Of a stretch of 60,503 bases of DNA, positions 45,884 to 56,952 are shown piece after piece. Position 1 is the stretch's first letter. Each line of letters begins with the position of its first letter. The notes below the pieces were generated by a model, which worked only from the letters and a program-made list of their open reading frames with translations, searched no databases and was not told the DNA's origin. The position numbers and the translations under genes are program-made. Origin of the DNA: Amoebophrya sp. A120 (lineage: Eukaryota; Protista; Dinoflagellata); assembly GCA_905178155.1 (NCBI GenBank), contig CAJINV010000023.1:690834-751336 (forward strand). The letters run 5' to 3'.

Positions 45884-46227
45884 TGTTAGAAGCCTAGACG
45901 CACGATAGTAACAACAGAGGTAAACGAGATGGGAACAAGCACTAGCAGTACTAAGTGACTACGAGTCACTGTGTGTTTACTATCTGTTATCGACGCACTA
46001 GTATGGGTACTAGTCGCAACCTGCAGGGGTGTGATGAGATATCAAGAGGATGGACAATATGCATGACAAACAGGATGGCTACGGCTATCGGAGGAGGATC
46101 ATGGATTTCAGATCGAGGGCACTACAAGCCCGAGGGATTTGACATCAGACCAGATTTGCATCGCGATTTACATCGTAGTATGCTTCTGATCGTCACTAGG
46201 TCATTTATGATTCCGATCTATCCAACA
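45884..46227 (-). repeat. 3' LTR
   Basis: TGTTAGAAG..CTATCCAACA. Confidence 0.95.
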
Positions 46228-46306
46228 TTCCCCCTTCCGAAGCTATAGTAACCACTGTTCACCTGTAGCATATACCTCATTCCTCCTTCCTTTTTGGCAC
46301 AAACGA

Positions 46307-49300
46307 CTAGGCAAAGTCGTAGGGCTTTCCTTCGATCTGGATGGTCAATCCAGATGCTTTACTTAGCTTCGCAGTCAACATCATAACAGTGGCGGGCTCT
46401 AGTACAATGGGCCGAAGGTCAGTCGACACATGAAACGCGCGCACTGTGTGAAGTTCTGCTTTTGGGTCCGTCTTGAACAAAGACAAATATTTTTCACCAG
46501 GCAGGCCCTTGGTCAGGGGGTCGGCCTTGTTTACTTTTGTCGGCACAAAACACAAATCCTGACAATGATCACGGACAATGTGATAACGCAAGTCAATATG
46601 TTTGGAACGCTTAGTGATGATACTACTCTTGCTGAGACTTAACGCACTTTGATTGTCTGTGAAAATGAGCGGAAGCGTTTCCCCTTCAGTTTCCATAAAC
46701 CAATCTGACCAGCCCTGGCTCAAGCACATTTTGATCGTGTCATGAATCGCAACATACTCAGCCTCACACGTGCTGGAAGCACGGACTGTCTGTCGTTTTG
46801 ACGACCAAGCGACTGGACAACCACGATAATACAGGATACTACCGCTGGTGGACTTCAGTGTAACTGTACACCCTGCAAAGTCGCTATCGCTGAAAGCACA
46901 CAAATCAGGACAATCCCGACTGGCCTCCTTTGTCACTTTGGTGTAAACCGTGCGAAAATCTTCTTCAGCTTTTGGCGAGTATTCTAAACCGATATCCCGA
47001 GTTGCTTTCAAGTAGGCCAAAATCCGTTTTGCTGCTTTCACCGCTTGGGGTGTCGGATTTGCTACTTCTCTTGCAACACGCTGCACCGCGTAGACAATGT
47101 CTACCCTGCACATACAAGCGATATATTGCAGGCTACCCACGAGGCTACGCAATGGGAATTTTGTTTCCGGTGCAGAAGTATCAACTTCAGTAGTCTGAAT
47201 TTCTGGCAACTGTCTTCCAGGAAGTACAGGCGTAGCAACTCCCCGACAATCAACCATATTGAATTTCTTCAAAACTCTGTCAATAGCCTCTGCCATGTGG
47301 ATCCTCATGGTCTTTTTCGATGCGTTGTATTCCAGAGTGGCCCCCAGGAGGTCGAAAACTTCGCAACCCTTTTCAACTGGTTTCGCTTTCGGCGGGATCA
47401 CTTTTCCAGGAAATTTGTCCAAAATTTTCCCCATCTCTTTGACGAGAATTTCTTCCGTGTCACCACTCATGACACAGTCATCCACGTACACGCTCAACGT
47501 AAGAACGCCTTTACGGAACAACCCCGGCTCCCGTTCACACATCTTCCAACCTAGTTCCTCCAAAGTCTTCCTGTAGGTATCGAACCAACGACGCGGGCTA
47601 ATTCGAAGACCATAAAGAGACTTCAGTAGGCGCACGACATCACCTCTCGGAACAGTGCTCCAGTGCTTCGGAAGACGCACGAAAACTCGCTCGTCACCTA
47701 AACTCGCACAAATGAACGCATTTGAAATGTCGAAAAATTTGATCCGTTTACCATTTGCAGCAGCGTCAACAAGTAGGGCTCTACTAGCTGCGTGCGAAAT
47801 GGTAGGACTGTAAATTTCGCCACAGAGTTCTTTCGACTGTAAGTTTCCAAGTGCCACCAGCCGCGCTTTGTATGTTCCACATCTATTCTTCGTGTAGATC
47901 ACGCACGACGGCACAACTTCGTCGCCTTTTTGTGGTTTCTCGTCTACTGTCCAGCACTCTTTTGCTAAAAGTCTGAGTCGTTCAACATCGTCGGCCTCTA
48001 TGTACTTCGGAGCATCAGGATCTCGAAGAATCTGCGCTCTGGTGAGTGACACCACATGAGCAAAAACTTCTTCACCTTCTTCCTCAATGCGCTTGGCATG
48101 GTACTCGTCCAAGTCTCGACCAAAGTCAAAATCATCAGGCAACTGAAATACGTTTCCAGCTTCTGCTGCTTTTGGCTTAGGACCTGGCTTTTTGCTTCCC
48201 GGTTTGTTCTTTGAACCTTTCGGGCGACCCTTTTTGTTGTTGACAACGACTGCAGGCTTCGGCTTTTGCTTTCTTTTCTTCTTGACGACCTTGGGCTTTG
48301 GGCGGGCGGGAGGTTCGTCAAGTTCTTCCGCTTCGGGAATAACTACCTCTTCCTCTGCTTGCGCAGCACTTTCCTCTTTGCCCCCTTCCACTGCTTTGCC
48401 CCCTTCCTCGACCTGTTGGTCTCCAGTAGCCCCATTGGGCCCCGAATCACCCTGGTCACGCGGAGCATCCTGATCGGGCTCATGACTTCCCGAGGGAGCC
48501 ACCAACGGATCAGGCATGTTCGACACACGCAATTTGTCGGGTGCGGCAAAGGGTACAAAGGTGCCACGGTTCTTTTCGCGAAGATCGTCAATGTCGGCGA
48601 TCGTACAAGATTCGTCAAACTTGCAGGATCTATTTTCGATCACAGTGAACCTTAATCCAACTTTCGTTCGTTTGTCGTCACGCCAAACACCCACTAAATA
48701 GCAAGAGTTTTTCGAATACCCCAAGAATACACCACGTTCATACCGAACATCGAGCGCACCTAAGTCCGTCGATTTCGTAACGTGCTTCCGAGCATAGCAA
48801 AGGACTCCGAATTTCTTGAAATACTTGAGCGAAGGCGCGCGATCGTGAACTTTTTCAAATGGACTCTTTTGCTCTTTCCGGGCTAACCGATTCCAAGTCC
48901 AGGGTATATACTTTGAACAATATGGCCAAAGACGAGGATCAACCCCGATCATATTCGCCCGCAGGGCATTTTTCGAAGTTTGGTTCCACCGTTCCACGAC
49001 TCCATTACGTTGCGGCGTAAACGGCGCAGACGTAGTTGGCTCGATCGGAGGACTCTGCTTCAAGCAATACTTTCTCCAGTCACTTTTCTCGCCTCGAAAA
49101 GTAGGATCGTTATCGCTTCTCACCCGTTTGGGCTTTCCAACTTCTAAACACCACTCACGCAGACCTTTCCACGCTTCATCCTTTTCCCGGTGAGGATAAT
49201 TCTCTACCCAGCCATGGAATGTCTCCACCCCTGACAAAAGAAATTTCTCCCCATCAAGACCCAAAGGATAACCGTAGGTATGATCCCAATCCACTTGATC

Positions 49301-50758
49301 TAGCCAAGCCTTTGGCTTACAGTGCTCCGGACGTTCTGACTTACACCCTTCTTGCCTCGACTTCGCTAAGTCACACAACGGACAACGTCCATACTCAAGA
49401 CCATCAATATGAAAGTGCCCAAACCTTTCATGTTGTCGAAGTCGCTCGGCGCGAGTCAGATTCACAAATGCTGGCTCGGACCACGCGGCCCGGCTCTTTC
49501 CGTTTTGCAAATCTCCAGCCGTATCCAGCTCACTCAAGCTGTGGAACGCAAAATCTATTTGCGGCAAATTTGTTAAAGTGTCCCGGCGCATCGGAATTTT
49601 GAAACCTGTTTTCTTCTTCTGGAGGTAGAGCGCGTCTCTCCCCTCAAAAACTACCCGGCAGTCATTTTCGTCGTTCAAAAGACTTACCGACACCAAAAAC
49701 AACTTTACGACAGGATGGTATAGGCCACCCATTAAACCTAAAGAGTTATGGTGGAAGTAACCACGGTAGGCGGGAGTGTCTAACGTTCGGTCGGCAACCG
49801 TTAACGTTACTGGATCATCCCAAAACACGATCTGAAAACAGCTCAAGTCCCCTGTCATGTGGTGCGAAGCACCACTATCAACAACTGCCGTTGTTTGAGT
49901 ACCATCCGGGCGGATAGTAATCCCGTGGGCGCTTTTCCCGTTTCCCTTCGACAAAAGTGCAAATGTCAAAGATGAAACAGCGCCGGCGGACTTTTCGCCG
50001 TTTTGATCTGTTTGACCCTTTTCCCGCTCTTTTGACCAATCACCAAACCAGTCTTGTGCCTCCTGGTTTTCGTTTTTCTTGTCCCTGCCCTGGTGGTGAC
50101 CATGCACCAAGACAGTGAAGCCCTTAGGAGTATCGGCAAAATCAAAAATTTGCTGATCTTTCACCCCGTTGCATGATTCCCCTACAAACTTGCACAAGTT
50201 AAAATAAGTCCAATCCACGCAGTTTCCTTCTGCTTTACGGGCGGAATCTGCCACCTCGTAATTTTTGTTCTTTGCCATCTCATGCGGGTTCGCTTTTCTT
50301 TTTAAATTGCTAGGATCATACAAGCGCGAAACCCCATGCAGAATAGGCATTTTTTGTAATGGATTTTCTTTCATTTTAGGTACTTTCACATTCTTAACAC
50401 GAGCGGAATCAAGTAGAGATTTTTCAGCTTCAATCTTACATGTAGTACCTTTTAATTTTGAATCACGAGCGAACGGCAAATCTTCAATCTTACAAATAGA
50501 TGCTTTTTCATCGGAAATAGAGGCAGTATCAAGTACACACTGATTGGATATAGGTGCTGTATCAAATACATTTGTTTTGCTTTCAAGTACTTCGACATTG
50601 TACACAGAGGGAGATTGTAGTTTTTGATTGCATGTAACATTACTACTTTGACCAGAAGTAGAGCCTGTTTCACAAACATGAACATTAGCAACATCGGTTT
50701 TTCGACGTTTAGCAGCATGAGAAATTTGACAATTCTCATCGGAACCCGGCCAGCTTCG
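46307..50758 (-). CDS. pol: Copia Pol (protease, integrase, RT, RNase H), copy 1
   Basis: VVDSGASHHM; HERFGH..CPLC; RSDN, NGVVER; KARLVALG, YVDD; FSDSDFA, DNQSA, ADPLTK; frame open up to the gag stop. Confidence 0.95.
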   Translation of the reverse strand, partial: RSWPGSDENCQISHAAKRRKTDVANVHVCETGSTSGQSSNVTCNQKLQSPSVYNVEVLESKTNVFDTAPISNQCVLDTASISDEKASICKIEDLPFARDSKLKGTTCKIEAEKSLLDSARVKNVKVPKMKENPLQKMPILHGVSRLYDPSNLKRKANPHEMAKNKNYEVADSARKAEGNCVDWTYFNLCKFVGESCNGVKDQQIFDFADTPKGFTVLVHGHHQGRDKKNENQEAQDWFGDWSKEREKGQTDQNGEKSAGAVSSLTFALLSKGNGKSAHGITIRPDGTQTTAVVDSGASHHMTGDLSCFQIVFWDDPVTLTVADRTLDTPAYRGYFHHNSLGLMGGLYHPVVKLFLVSVSLLNDENDCRVVFEGRDALYLQKKKTGFKIPMRRDTLTNLPQIDFAFHSLSELDTAGDLQNGKSRAAWSEPAFVNLTRAERLRQHERFGHFHIDGLEYGRCPLCDLAKSRQEGCKSERPEHCKPKAWLDQVDWDHTYGYPLGLDGEKFLLSGVETFHGWVENYPHREKDEAWKGLREWCLEVGKPKRVRSDNDPTFRGEKSDWRKYCLKQSPPIEPTTSAPFTPQRNGVVERWNQTSKNALRANMIGVDPRLWPYCSKYIPWTWNRLARKEQKSPFEKVHDRAPSLKYFKKFGVLCYARKHVTKSTDLGALDVRYERGVFLGYSKNSCYLVGVWRDDKRTKVGLRFTVIENRSCKFDESCTIADIDDLREKNRGTFVPFAAPDKLRVSNMPDPLVAPSGSHEPDQDAPRDQGDSGPNGATGDQQVEEGGKAVEGGKEESAAQAEEEVVIPEAEELDEPPARPKPKVVKKKRKQKPKPAVVVNNKKGRPKGSKNKPGSKKPGPKPKAAEAGNVFQLPDDFDFGRDLDEYHAKRIEEEGEEVFAHVVSLTRAQILRDPDAPKYIEADDVERLRLLAKECWTVDEKPQKGDEVVPSCVIYTKNRCGTYKARLVALGNLQSKELCGEIYSPTISHAASRALLVDAAANGKRIKFFDISNAFICASLGDERVFVRLPKHWSTVPRGDVVRLLKSLYGLRISPRRWFDTYRKTLEELGWKMCEREPGLFRKGVLTLSVYVDDCVMSGDTEEILVKEMGKILDKFPGKVIPPKAKPVEKGCEVFDLLGATLEYNASKKTMRIHMAEAIDRVLKKFNMVDCRGVATPVLPGRQLPEIQTTEVDTSAPETKFPLRSLVGSLQYIACMCRVDIVYAVQRVAREVANPTPQAVKAAKRILAYLKATRDIGLEYSPKAEEDFRTVYTKVTKEASRDCPDLCAFSDSDFAGCTVTLKSTSGSILYYRGCPVAWSSKRQTVRASSTCEAEYVAIHDTIKMCLSQGWSDWFMETEGETLPLIFTDNQSALSLSKSSIITKRSKHIDLRYHIVRDHCQDLCFVPTKVNKADPLTKGLPGEKYLSLFKTDPKAELHTVRAFHVSTDLRPIVLEPATVMMLTAKLSKASGLTIQIEGKPYDFA

Positions 50759-51628
50759 TCAGTTGGGACAATCCTTACGAACATGTCCAAGCTGCTTGCA
50801 CTTGTGACATTTGATCTTGGATTTGTCTCCACCGCCGCCTTTTCCCTTCTGCTGGTCTCCCTTGCCTCCTTTTCCGCCGCCCTTGTTGTTCTTCTGGTTG
50901 TTGTTCTTGTACGGGTGCTGGTTCTTGTTGACCCAGCGTCCACCCTTCTTCCCCTTCTGCGCAACAACTTCAGCAGCGATCGCTTTGTGATCGGCCTGCG
51001 TCAAGTTGAGAGAAGCGGGCTTTGCGGTGTCCTCTTCGGTGCCCCCGTCTTTCAAGACGGATTCGAACTCCTCCGCCAACTTCAACAAATTATCATTGTC
51101 CGGCTTGTCCTGAATGACGTGCGGCATGATAAAAGAATCGAAGGCGTTCCCGAGGTTGTAGAAGCATCCGAAAGTCATCAACTCGCTGCGGAAGACTTCA
51201 CCGCCCAGATCATCTCGAAAGATGTTTTGTTTCCGCTGAACGAACTCCCTTACCGTTTGGTCTTTGTCCTTCCGGGTGGTTAGTAAATCCTTAAGCGACC
51301 GCATTCGGGCGAATTTGGTCCGCTTATCGAATTCCAACAACAACGCACCCCAAGCCGTACTAATGCAAACGACTGTCTTTTTCTTCACGACCTCCAGCGC
51401 GTCCCCAGTCAACGCCACGCACAAGCGAGCGAAGAACTGCGCACCGATGGCCCTCGTGTCATCCTTCCATCCGTCAATAGAAGGCGTTTTCAAGAAGTTT
51501 TCGATCAAAGTCAAGATACCCAACATCTGCAACAAGGCTTGCACCTTAAACCGCCAGTCCGACCATCCCTTCGGATTCCCGTCGTAGGGCGGAATAGAGT
51601 ACTTTTCCACCTGGTTAGTGTCGACCAT
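50759..51628 (-). CDS. gag: Copia Gag, copy 1 (likely start MVDTNQ; ORF open to 51841)
   Basis: YDG..WSDWRFKVQALL N-terminus; CCHC knuckle CHKCKQLGHVRKDC. Confidence 0.9.
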   Translation of the reverse strand: MVDTNQVEKYSIPPYDGNPKGWSDWRFKVQALLQMLGILTLIENFLKTPSIDGWKDDTRAIGAQFFARLCVALTGDALEVVKKKTVVCISTAWGALLLEFDKRTKFARMRSLKDLLTTRKDKDQTVREFVQRKQNIFRDDLGGEVFRSELMTFGCFYNLGNAFDSFIMPHVIQDKPDNDNLLKLAEEFESVLKDGGTEEDTAKPASLNLTQADHKAIAAEVVAQKGKKGGRWVNKNQHPYKNNNQKNNKGGGKGGKGDQQKGKGGGGDKSKIKCHKCKQLGHVRKDCPN

Positions 51629-52077
51629 TGTGTTCAAAAGAAAACAATAATCGCGCTTAAATACAAATTCCCAATTTGTATCCCAATCGAGATTGTGGAA
51701 ATAGTTTGCAAATTGTGGGTCGCTAAGGTCTTCAACGTTCCAACCTTTGGAGCCGTAACACTTCGCGCCTAAAATGCACAAATCTCTATGTTTTCCAAGT
51801 TCTCTAGCTACGCAACTAGCACCAAAATGTCTGCATGACATTTAATTTCTTTTCTAAATTTTGCAGATAGACTTCTTGAAGTTGTGGGGGTGCGTTTTCA
51901 ACAAATACGTTCAAATTTGTAATGCTAATTCTGCAATTTTACAAGTAAATCTTACAAGATGTAGTGGCTGTTTTTCAAATTTTCTACACAAGAAAAATCA
52001 GTAAAAATTGTAGTTGCAAGTTTTCTAAACATCAAGAAAACTACTAAAATTTTGGCTGAATAAAGGTGCGACTAGAT

Positions 52078-52421
52078 TGTTAGAAGCCTAGACGCACGAT
52101 AGTAACAACAGAGGTAAACGAGATGGGAACAAGCACTAGCAGTACTAAGTGACTACGAGTCACTGTGTGTTTACTATCTGTTATCGACGCACTAGTATGG
52201 GTACTAGTCGCAACCTGCAGGGGTGTGATGAGATATCAAGAGGATGGACAATATGCATGACAAACAGGATGGCTACGGCTATCGGAGGAGGATCATGGAT
52301 TTCAGATCGAGGGCACTACAAGCCCGAGGGATTTGACATCAGACCAGATTTGCATCGCGATTTACATCGTAGTATGCTTCTGATCGTCACTAGGTCATTT
52401 ATGATTCCGATCTATCCAACA
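52078..52421 (-). repeat. Shared central LTR
   Basis: Same 344-bp sequence. Confidence 0.95.
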
Positions 52422-52500
52422 TTCCCCCTTCCGAAGCTATAGTAACCACTGTTCACCTGTAGCATATACCTCATTCCTCCTTCCTTTTTGGCACAAACGA

Positions 52501-55500
52501 CTAGGCAAAGTCGTAGGGCTTTCCTTCGATCTGGATGGTCAATCCAGATGCTTTACTTAGCTTCGCAGTCAACATCATAACAGTGGCGGGCTCTAGTACA
52601 ATGGGCCGAAGGTCAGTCGACACATGAAACGCGCGCACTGTGTGAAGTTCTGCTTTTGGGTCCGTCTTGAACAAAGACAAATATTTTTCACCAGGCAGGC
52701 CCTTGGTCAGGGGGTCGGCCTTGTTTACTTTTGTCGGCACAAAACACAAATCCTGACAATGATCACGGACAATGTGATAACGCAAGTCAATATGTTTGGA
52801 ACGCTTAGTGATGATACTACTCTTGCTGAGACTTAACGCACTTTGATTGTCTGTGAAAATGAGCGGAAGCGTTTCCCCTTCAGTTTCCATAAACCAATCT
52901 GACCAGCCCTGGCTCAAGCACATTTTGATCGTGTCATGAATCGCAACATACTCAGCCTCACACGTGCTGGAAGCACGGACTGTCTGTCGTTTTGACGACC
53001 AAGCGACTGGACAACCACGATAATACAGGATACTACCGCTGGTGGACTTCAGTGTAACTGTACACCCTGCAAAGTCGCTATCGCTGAAAGCACACAAATC
53101 AGGACAATCCCGACTGGCCTCCTTTGTCACTTTGGTGTAAACCGTGCGAAAATCTTCTTCAGCTTTTGGCGAGTATTCTGAACCGATCTCCCGAGTTGCT
53201 TTCAAGTAGGCCAAAATCCGTTTTGCTGCTTTCACCGCTTGGGGTGTCGGATTTGCTACTTCTCTTGCAACACGCTGCACCGCGTAGACAATGTCTACCC
53301 TGCACATACAAGCGATATATTGCAGGCTACCCACGAGGCTACGCAATGGGAATTTTGTTTCCGGTGCAGAAGTATCAACTTCAGTAGTCTGAATTTCTGG
53401 CAACTGTCTTCCAGGAAGTACAGGCGTAGCAACTCCCCGACAATCAACCATATTGAATTTCTTCAAAACTCTGTCAATAGCCTCTGCCATGTGGATCCTC
53501 ATGGTCTTTTTCGATGCGTTGTATTCCAGAGTGGCCCCCAGGAGGTCGTAAACTTCGCAACCCTTTTCACCTGGTTTCGCTTTCGGCGGGATCACTTTTC
53601 CAGGAAATTTGTCCAAAATTTTCCCCATCTCTTTGTCGAGAATTTCTTCCGTGTCACCACTCATGACACAGTCATCCACGTACACGCTCAACGTAAGAAC
53701 GCCTTTACGGAACAACCCCGGCTCCCGTTCACACATCTTCCAACCTAGTTCCTCCAAAGTCTTCCTGTAGGTATCGAACCAACGACGCGGGCTAATTCGA
53801 AGACCATAAAGAGACTTCAGTAGGCGCACGACATCACCTCTCGGATCAGTGCTCCAGTGCTTCGGAAGACGCACGAAAACTCGCTCGTCACCTAAACTCG
53901 CACAAATGAACGCATTTGAAATGTCGAAAAATTTGATCCGTTTCCCATTTGCAGCAGCGTCAACAAGTAGGGCTCTACTAGCTGCGTGCGAAATGGTAGG
54001 ACTGTAAATTTCGCCACAGAGTTCTTTCGACTGTAAGTTTCCTAGTGCCACCAGCCGCGCTTTGTATGTTCCACATCTCTTCTTCGTGTAGATCACGCAC
54101 GACGGCACAACTTCGTCGCCTTTTTGTGGTTTCTCGTCTACTGTCCAGCACTCTTTTGCTAAAAGTCTGAGTCGTTCAACATCGTCGGCCTCTATGTACT
54201 TCGGAGCATCAGGATCTCGAAGAATCTGCGCTCTGGTGAGTGACACCACATGAGCAAAAACTTCTTCACCTTCTTCCTCAATGCGCTTGGCATGGTACTC
54301 GTCCAAGTCTCGACCAAAGTCAAAATCATCAGGCAACTGAAATACGTTTCCAGCTTCTGCTGCTTTTGGCTTAGGACCTGGCTTTTTGCTTCCCGGTTTG
54401 TTCTTTGAACCTTTCGGGCGACCCTTTTTGTTGTTGACCACGACTGCAGGCTTCGGCTTTTGCTTTCTTTTCTTCTTGACGACCTTGGGCTTTGGGCGGG
54501 CGGGAGGTTCGTCAAGTTCTTCCGCTTCGGGAATAACTACCTCTTCCTCTGCTTGCGCAGCACTTTCCTCTTTGCCCCCTTCCACTGCTTTGCCCCCTTC
54601 CTCGACCTGTTGGTCTCCAGTAGCCCCATTGGGCCCCGAATCACCCTGGTCACGCGGAGCATCCTGATCGGGCTCATGACTTCCCGAGGGAGCCACCAAC
54701 GGATCAGGCATGTTCGACACACGCAATTTGTCGGGTGCGGCAAAGGGTACAAAGGTGCCACGGTTCTTTTCGCGAAGATCGTCAATGTCGGCGATCGTAC
54801 AAGATTCGTCAAACTTGCAGGATCTATTTTCGATCACAGTGAACCTTAATCCAACTTTCGTTCGTTTGTCGTCACGCCAAACACCCACTAAATAGCAAGA
54901 GTTTTTCGAATACCCCAAGAATGCCCCACGTTCATACCGAACATCGAGCGCACCTAAGTCCGTCGATTTCGTAACGTGCTTCCGAGCATAGCAAAGGACT
55001 CCGAATTTCTTGAAATACTTGAGCGAAGGCGCGCGATCGTGAACTTTTTCAAATGGACTCTTTTGCTCTTTCCGGGCTAACCGATTCCAAGTCCAGGCTA
55101 TATACTTTGAACAATATGGCCAAAGACGAGGATCAACCCCGATCATATTCGCCCGCAGGGCATTTTTCGAAGTTTGGTTCCACCGTTCCACGACTCCATT
55201 ACGTTGCGGCGTAAACGGCGCAGACGTAGTTGGCTCGATCGGAGGACTCTGCTTCAAGCAATACTTTCTCCAGTCACTTTTCTCGCCTCGAAAAGTAGGA
55301 TCGTTATCGCTTCTCACCCGTTTGGGCTTTCCAACTTCTAAACACCACTCACGCAGACCTTTCCACGCTTCATCCTTTTCCCGGTGAGGATAATTCTCTA
55401 CCCAGCCATGGAATGTCTCCACCCCTGACAAAAGAAATTTCTCCCCATCAAGACCCAAAGGATAACCGTAGGTATGATCCCAATCCACTTGATCTAGCCA

Positions 55501-56952
55501 AGCCTTTGGCTTACAGTGCTCCGGACGTTCTGACTTACACCCTTCTTGCCTCGACTTCGCTAAGTCACACAACGGACAGCGTCCATATTCAAGACCGTCA
55601 ATATGAAAGTGCCCAAACCTTTCATGTTGTCGAAGACGATCGGCACGAGTCAGATTCACAAATGCTGGCTCGGACCACGCGGCCCGGCTCTTTCCGTTTT
55701 GTAAATCGCCAGCCGTATCCAGCTCGCTCAAGCTGTGAAACGCAAAGTCTATTTGCGGCAAATTTGTTAAAGTGTCCCGGCGCATCGGAATTTTGAAACC
55801 TGTTTTCTTCTTTTGGAGGTAGAGCGCGTCTCTCCCCTCAAAAACTACCCGGCAGTCATTTTCGTCGTTCAAAAGACTTACCGACACCAAAAACAACTTT
55901 GCGTCAGGATGGTATAGACCACCCATTAAACCTAAAGAGTTATGGTGGAAGTAACCACGGTAGGCGGGAGTGTCTAACGTTCGGTCGGCAACCGTTAACG
56001 TTACTGGATCATCCCAAAACACAATCTGAAAACAACTCAAGTCCCCTGTCATGTGGTGCGAGGCACCACTATCAACAACTGCCGTTGTTTGAGTACCATC
56101 CGGGCGGATGGTAATCCCATGGGCGCTTTTCCCGTTTCCCTTCGACAAAAGTGCAAATGTCAAAGACGAAACAGCGCCGGCGGACTTTTCGCCGTTTTGA
56201 TCTGTTTGACCCTTTTCCCGCTCTTTTGACCAATCACCAAACCAGTCTTGTGCCTCCTGGTTTTCGTTTTTCTTGTCCCTGCCCTGGTGGTGACCATGCA
56301 CCAAGACAGTGAAGCCCTTAGGAGTATCGGCAAAATCAAAAATTTGCTGATCTTTCACCCCGTTGCATGATTCCCCTACAAACTTGCACAAGTTAAAATA
56401 AGTCCAATCCATGCAGTTTCCTTCTGCTTTACGGGCGGAATCTGCCACCTCGTAATTTTTGTTCTTTGCCATCTCATGCGGGTTCGCTTTTCTTTTTAAA
56501 TTGCTAGGATCATACAAGCGCGAAACCCCATGCAGAATAGGCATTTTTTGTAATGGATTTTCTTTCATTTTAGGTACTTTCACATTCTTAACACGAGCGG
56601 AATCAAGTAGAGATTTTTCAGCTTCAATCTTACATGTAGTACCTTTTAATTTTGAATCACGAGCGAACGGCAAATCTTCAATCTTACAAATAGATGCTTT
56701 TTCATCGGAAATAGAGGCAGTCTCAAGTACACACTGATTGGATATAGGTGCTGTCTCAAATACATTTGTTTTGCTTTCAAGTACTTCGACATTGTACACA
56801 GAGGGAGATTGTAGTTTTTGATTGCATGTAACATTACTACTTTGACCAGAAGTAGAGCCTGTTTCACAAACATGAACATTAGCAACATCGGTTTTTCGAC
56901 GTTTAGCAGCATGAGAAATTTGACAATTCTCATCGGAACCCGGCCAGCTTCG
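52501..56952 (-). CDS. pol: Copia Pol, copy 2
   Basis: Same motifs; a few substitutions versus copy 1. Confidence 0.95.
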   Translation of the reverse strand, partial: RSWPGSDENCQISHAAKRRKTDVANVHVCETGSTSGQSSNVTCNQKLQSPSVYNVEVLESKTNVFETAPISNQCVLETASISDEKASICKIEDLPFARDSKLKGTTCKIEAEKSLLDSARVKNVKVPKMKENPLQKMPILHGVSRLYDPSNLKRKANPHEMAKNKNYEVADSARKAEGNCMDWTYFNLCKFVGESCNGVKDQQIFDFADTPKGFTVLVHGHHQGRDKKNENQEAQDWFGDWSKEREKGQTDQNGEKSAGAVSSLTFALLSKGNGKSAHGITIRPDGTQTTAVVDSGASHHMTGDLSCFQIVFWDDPVTLTVADRTLDTPAYRGYFHHNSLGLMGGLYHPDAKLFLVSVSLLNDENDCRVVFEGRDALYLQKKKTGFKIPMRRDTLTNLPQIDFAFHSLSELDTAGDLQNGKSRAAWSEPAFVNLTRADRLRQHERFGHFHIDGLEYGRCPLCDLAKSRQEGCKSERPEHCKPKAWLDQVDWDHTYGYPLGLDGEKFLLSGVETFHGWVENYPHREKDEAWKGLREWCLEVGKPKRVRSDNDPTFRGEKSDWRKYCLKQSPPIEPTTSAPFTPQRNGVVERWNQTSKNALRANMIGVDPRLWPYCSKYIAWTWNRLARKEQKSPFEKVHDRAPSLKYFKKFGVLCYARKHVTKSTDLGALDVRYERGAFLGYSKNSCYLVGVWRDDKRTKVGLRFTVIENRSCKFDESCTIADIDDLREKNRGTFVPFAAPDKLRVSNMPDPLVAPSGSHEPDQDAPRDQGDSGPNGATGDQQVEEGGKAVEGGKEESAAQAEEEVVIPEAEELDEPPARPKPKVVKKKRKQKPKPAVVVNNKKGRPKGSKNKPGSKKPGPKPKAAEAGNVFQLPDDFDFGRDLDEYHAKRIEEEGEEVFAHVVSLTRAQILRDPDAPKYIEADDVERLRLLAKECWTVDEKPQKGDEVVPSCVIYTKKRCGTYKARLVALGNLQSKELCGEIYSPTISHAASRALLVDAAANGKRIKFFDISNAFICASLGDERVFVRLPKHWSTDPRGDVVRLLKSLYGLRISPRRWFDTYRKTLEELGWKMCEREPGLFRKGVLTLSVYVDDCVMSGDTEEILDKEMGKILDKFPGKVIPPKAKPGEKGCEVYDLLGATLEYNASKKTMRIHMAEAIDRVLKKFNMVDCRGVATPVLPGRQLPEIQTTEVDTSAPETKFPLRSLVGSLQYIACMCRVDIVYAVQRVAREVANPTPQAVKAAKRILAYLKATREIGSEYSPKAEEDFRTVYTKVTKEASRDCPDLCAFSDSDFAGCTVTLKSTSGSILYYRGCPVAWSSKRQTVRASSTCEAEYVAIHDTIKMCLSQGWSDWFMETEGETLPLIFTDNQSALSLSKSSIITKRSKHIDLRYHIVRDHCQDLCFVPTKVNKADPLTKGLPGEKYLSLFKTDPKAELHTVRAFHVSTDLRPIVLEPATVMMLTAKLSKASGLTIQIEGKPYDFA

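Noticed and set aside
50624-51283. 219-aa hydrophobic antisense ORF in the copia element (env-like?)
   Set aside because: Shadow of Lys/Asn-rich gag codons; antisense and in the wrong position for env
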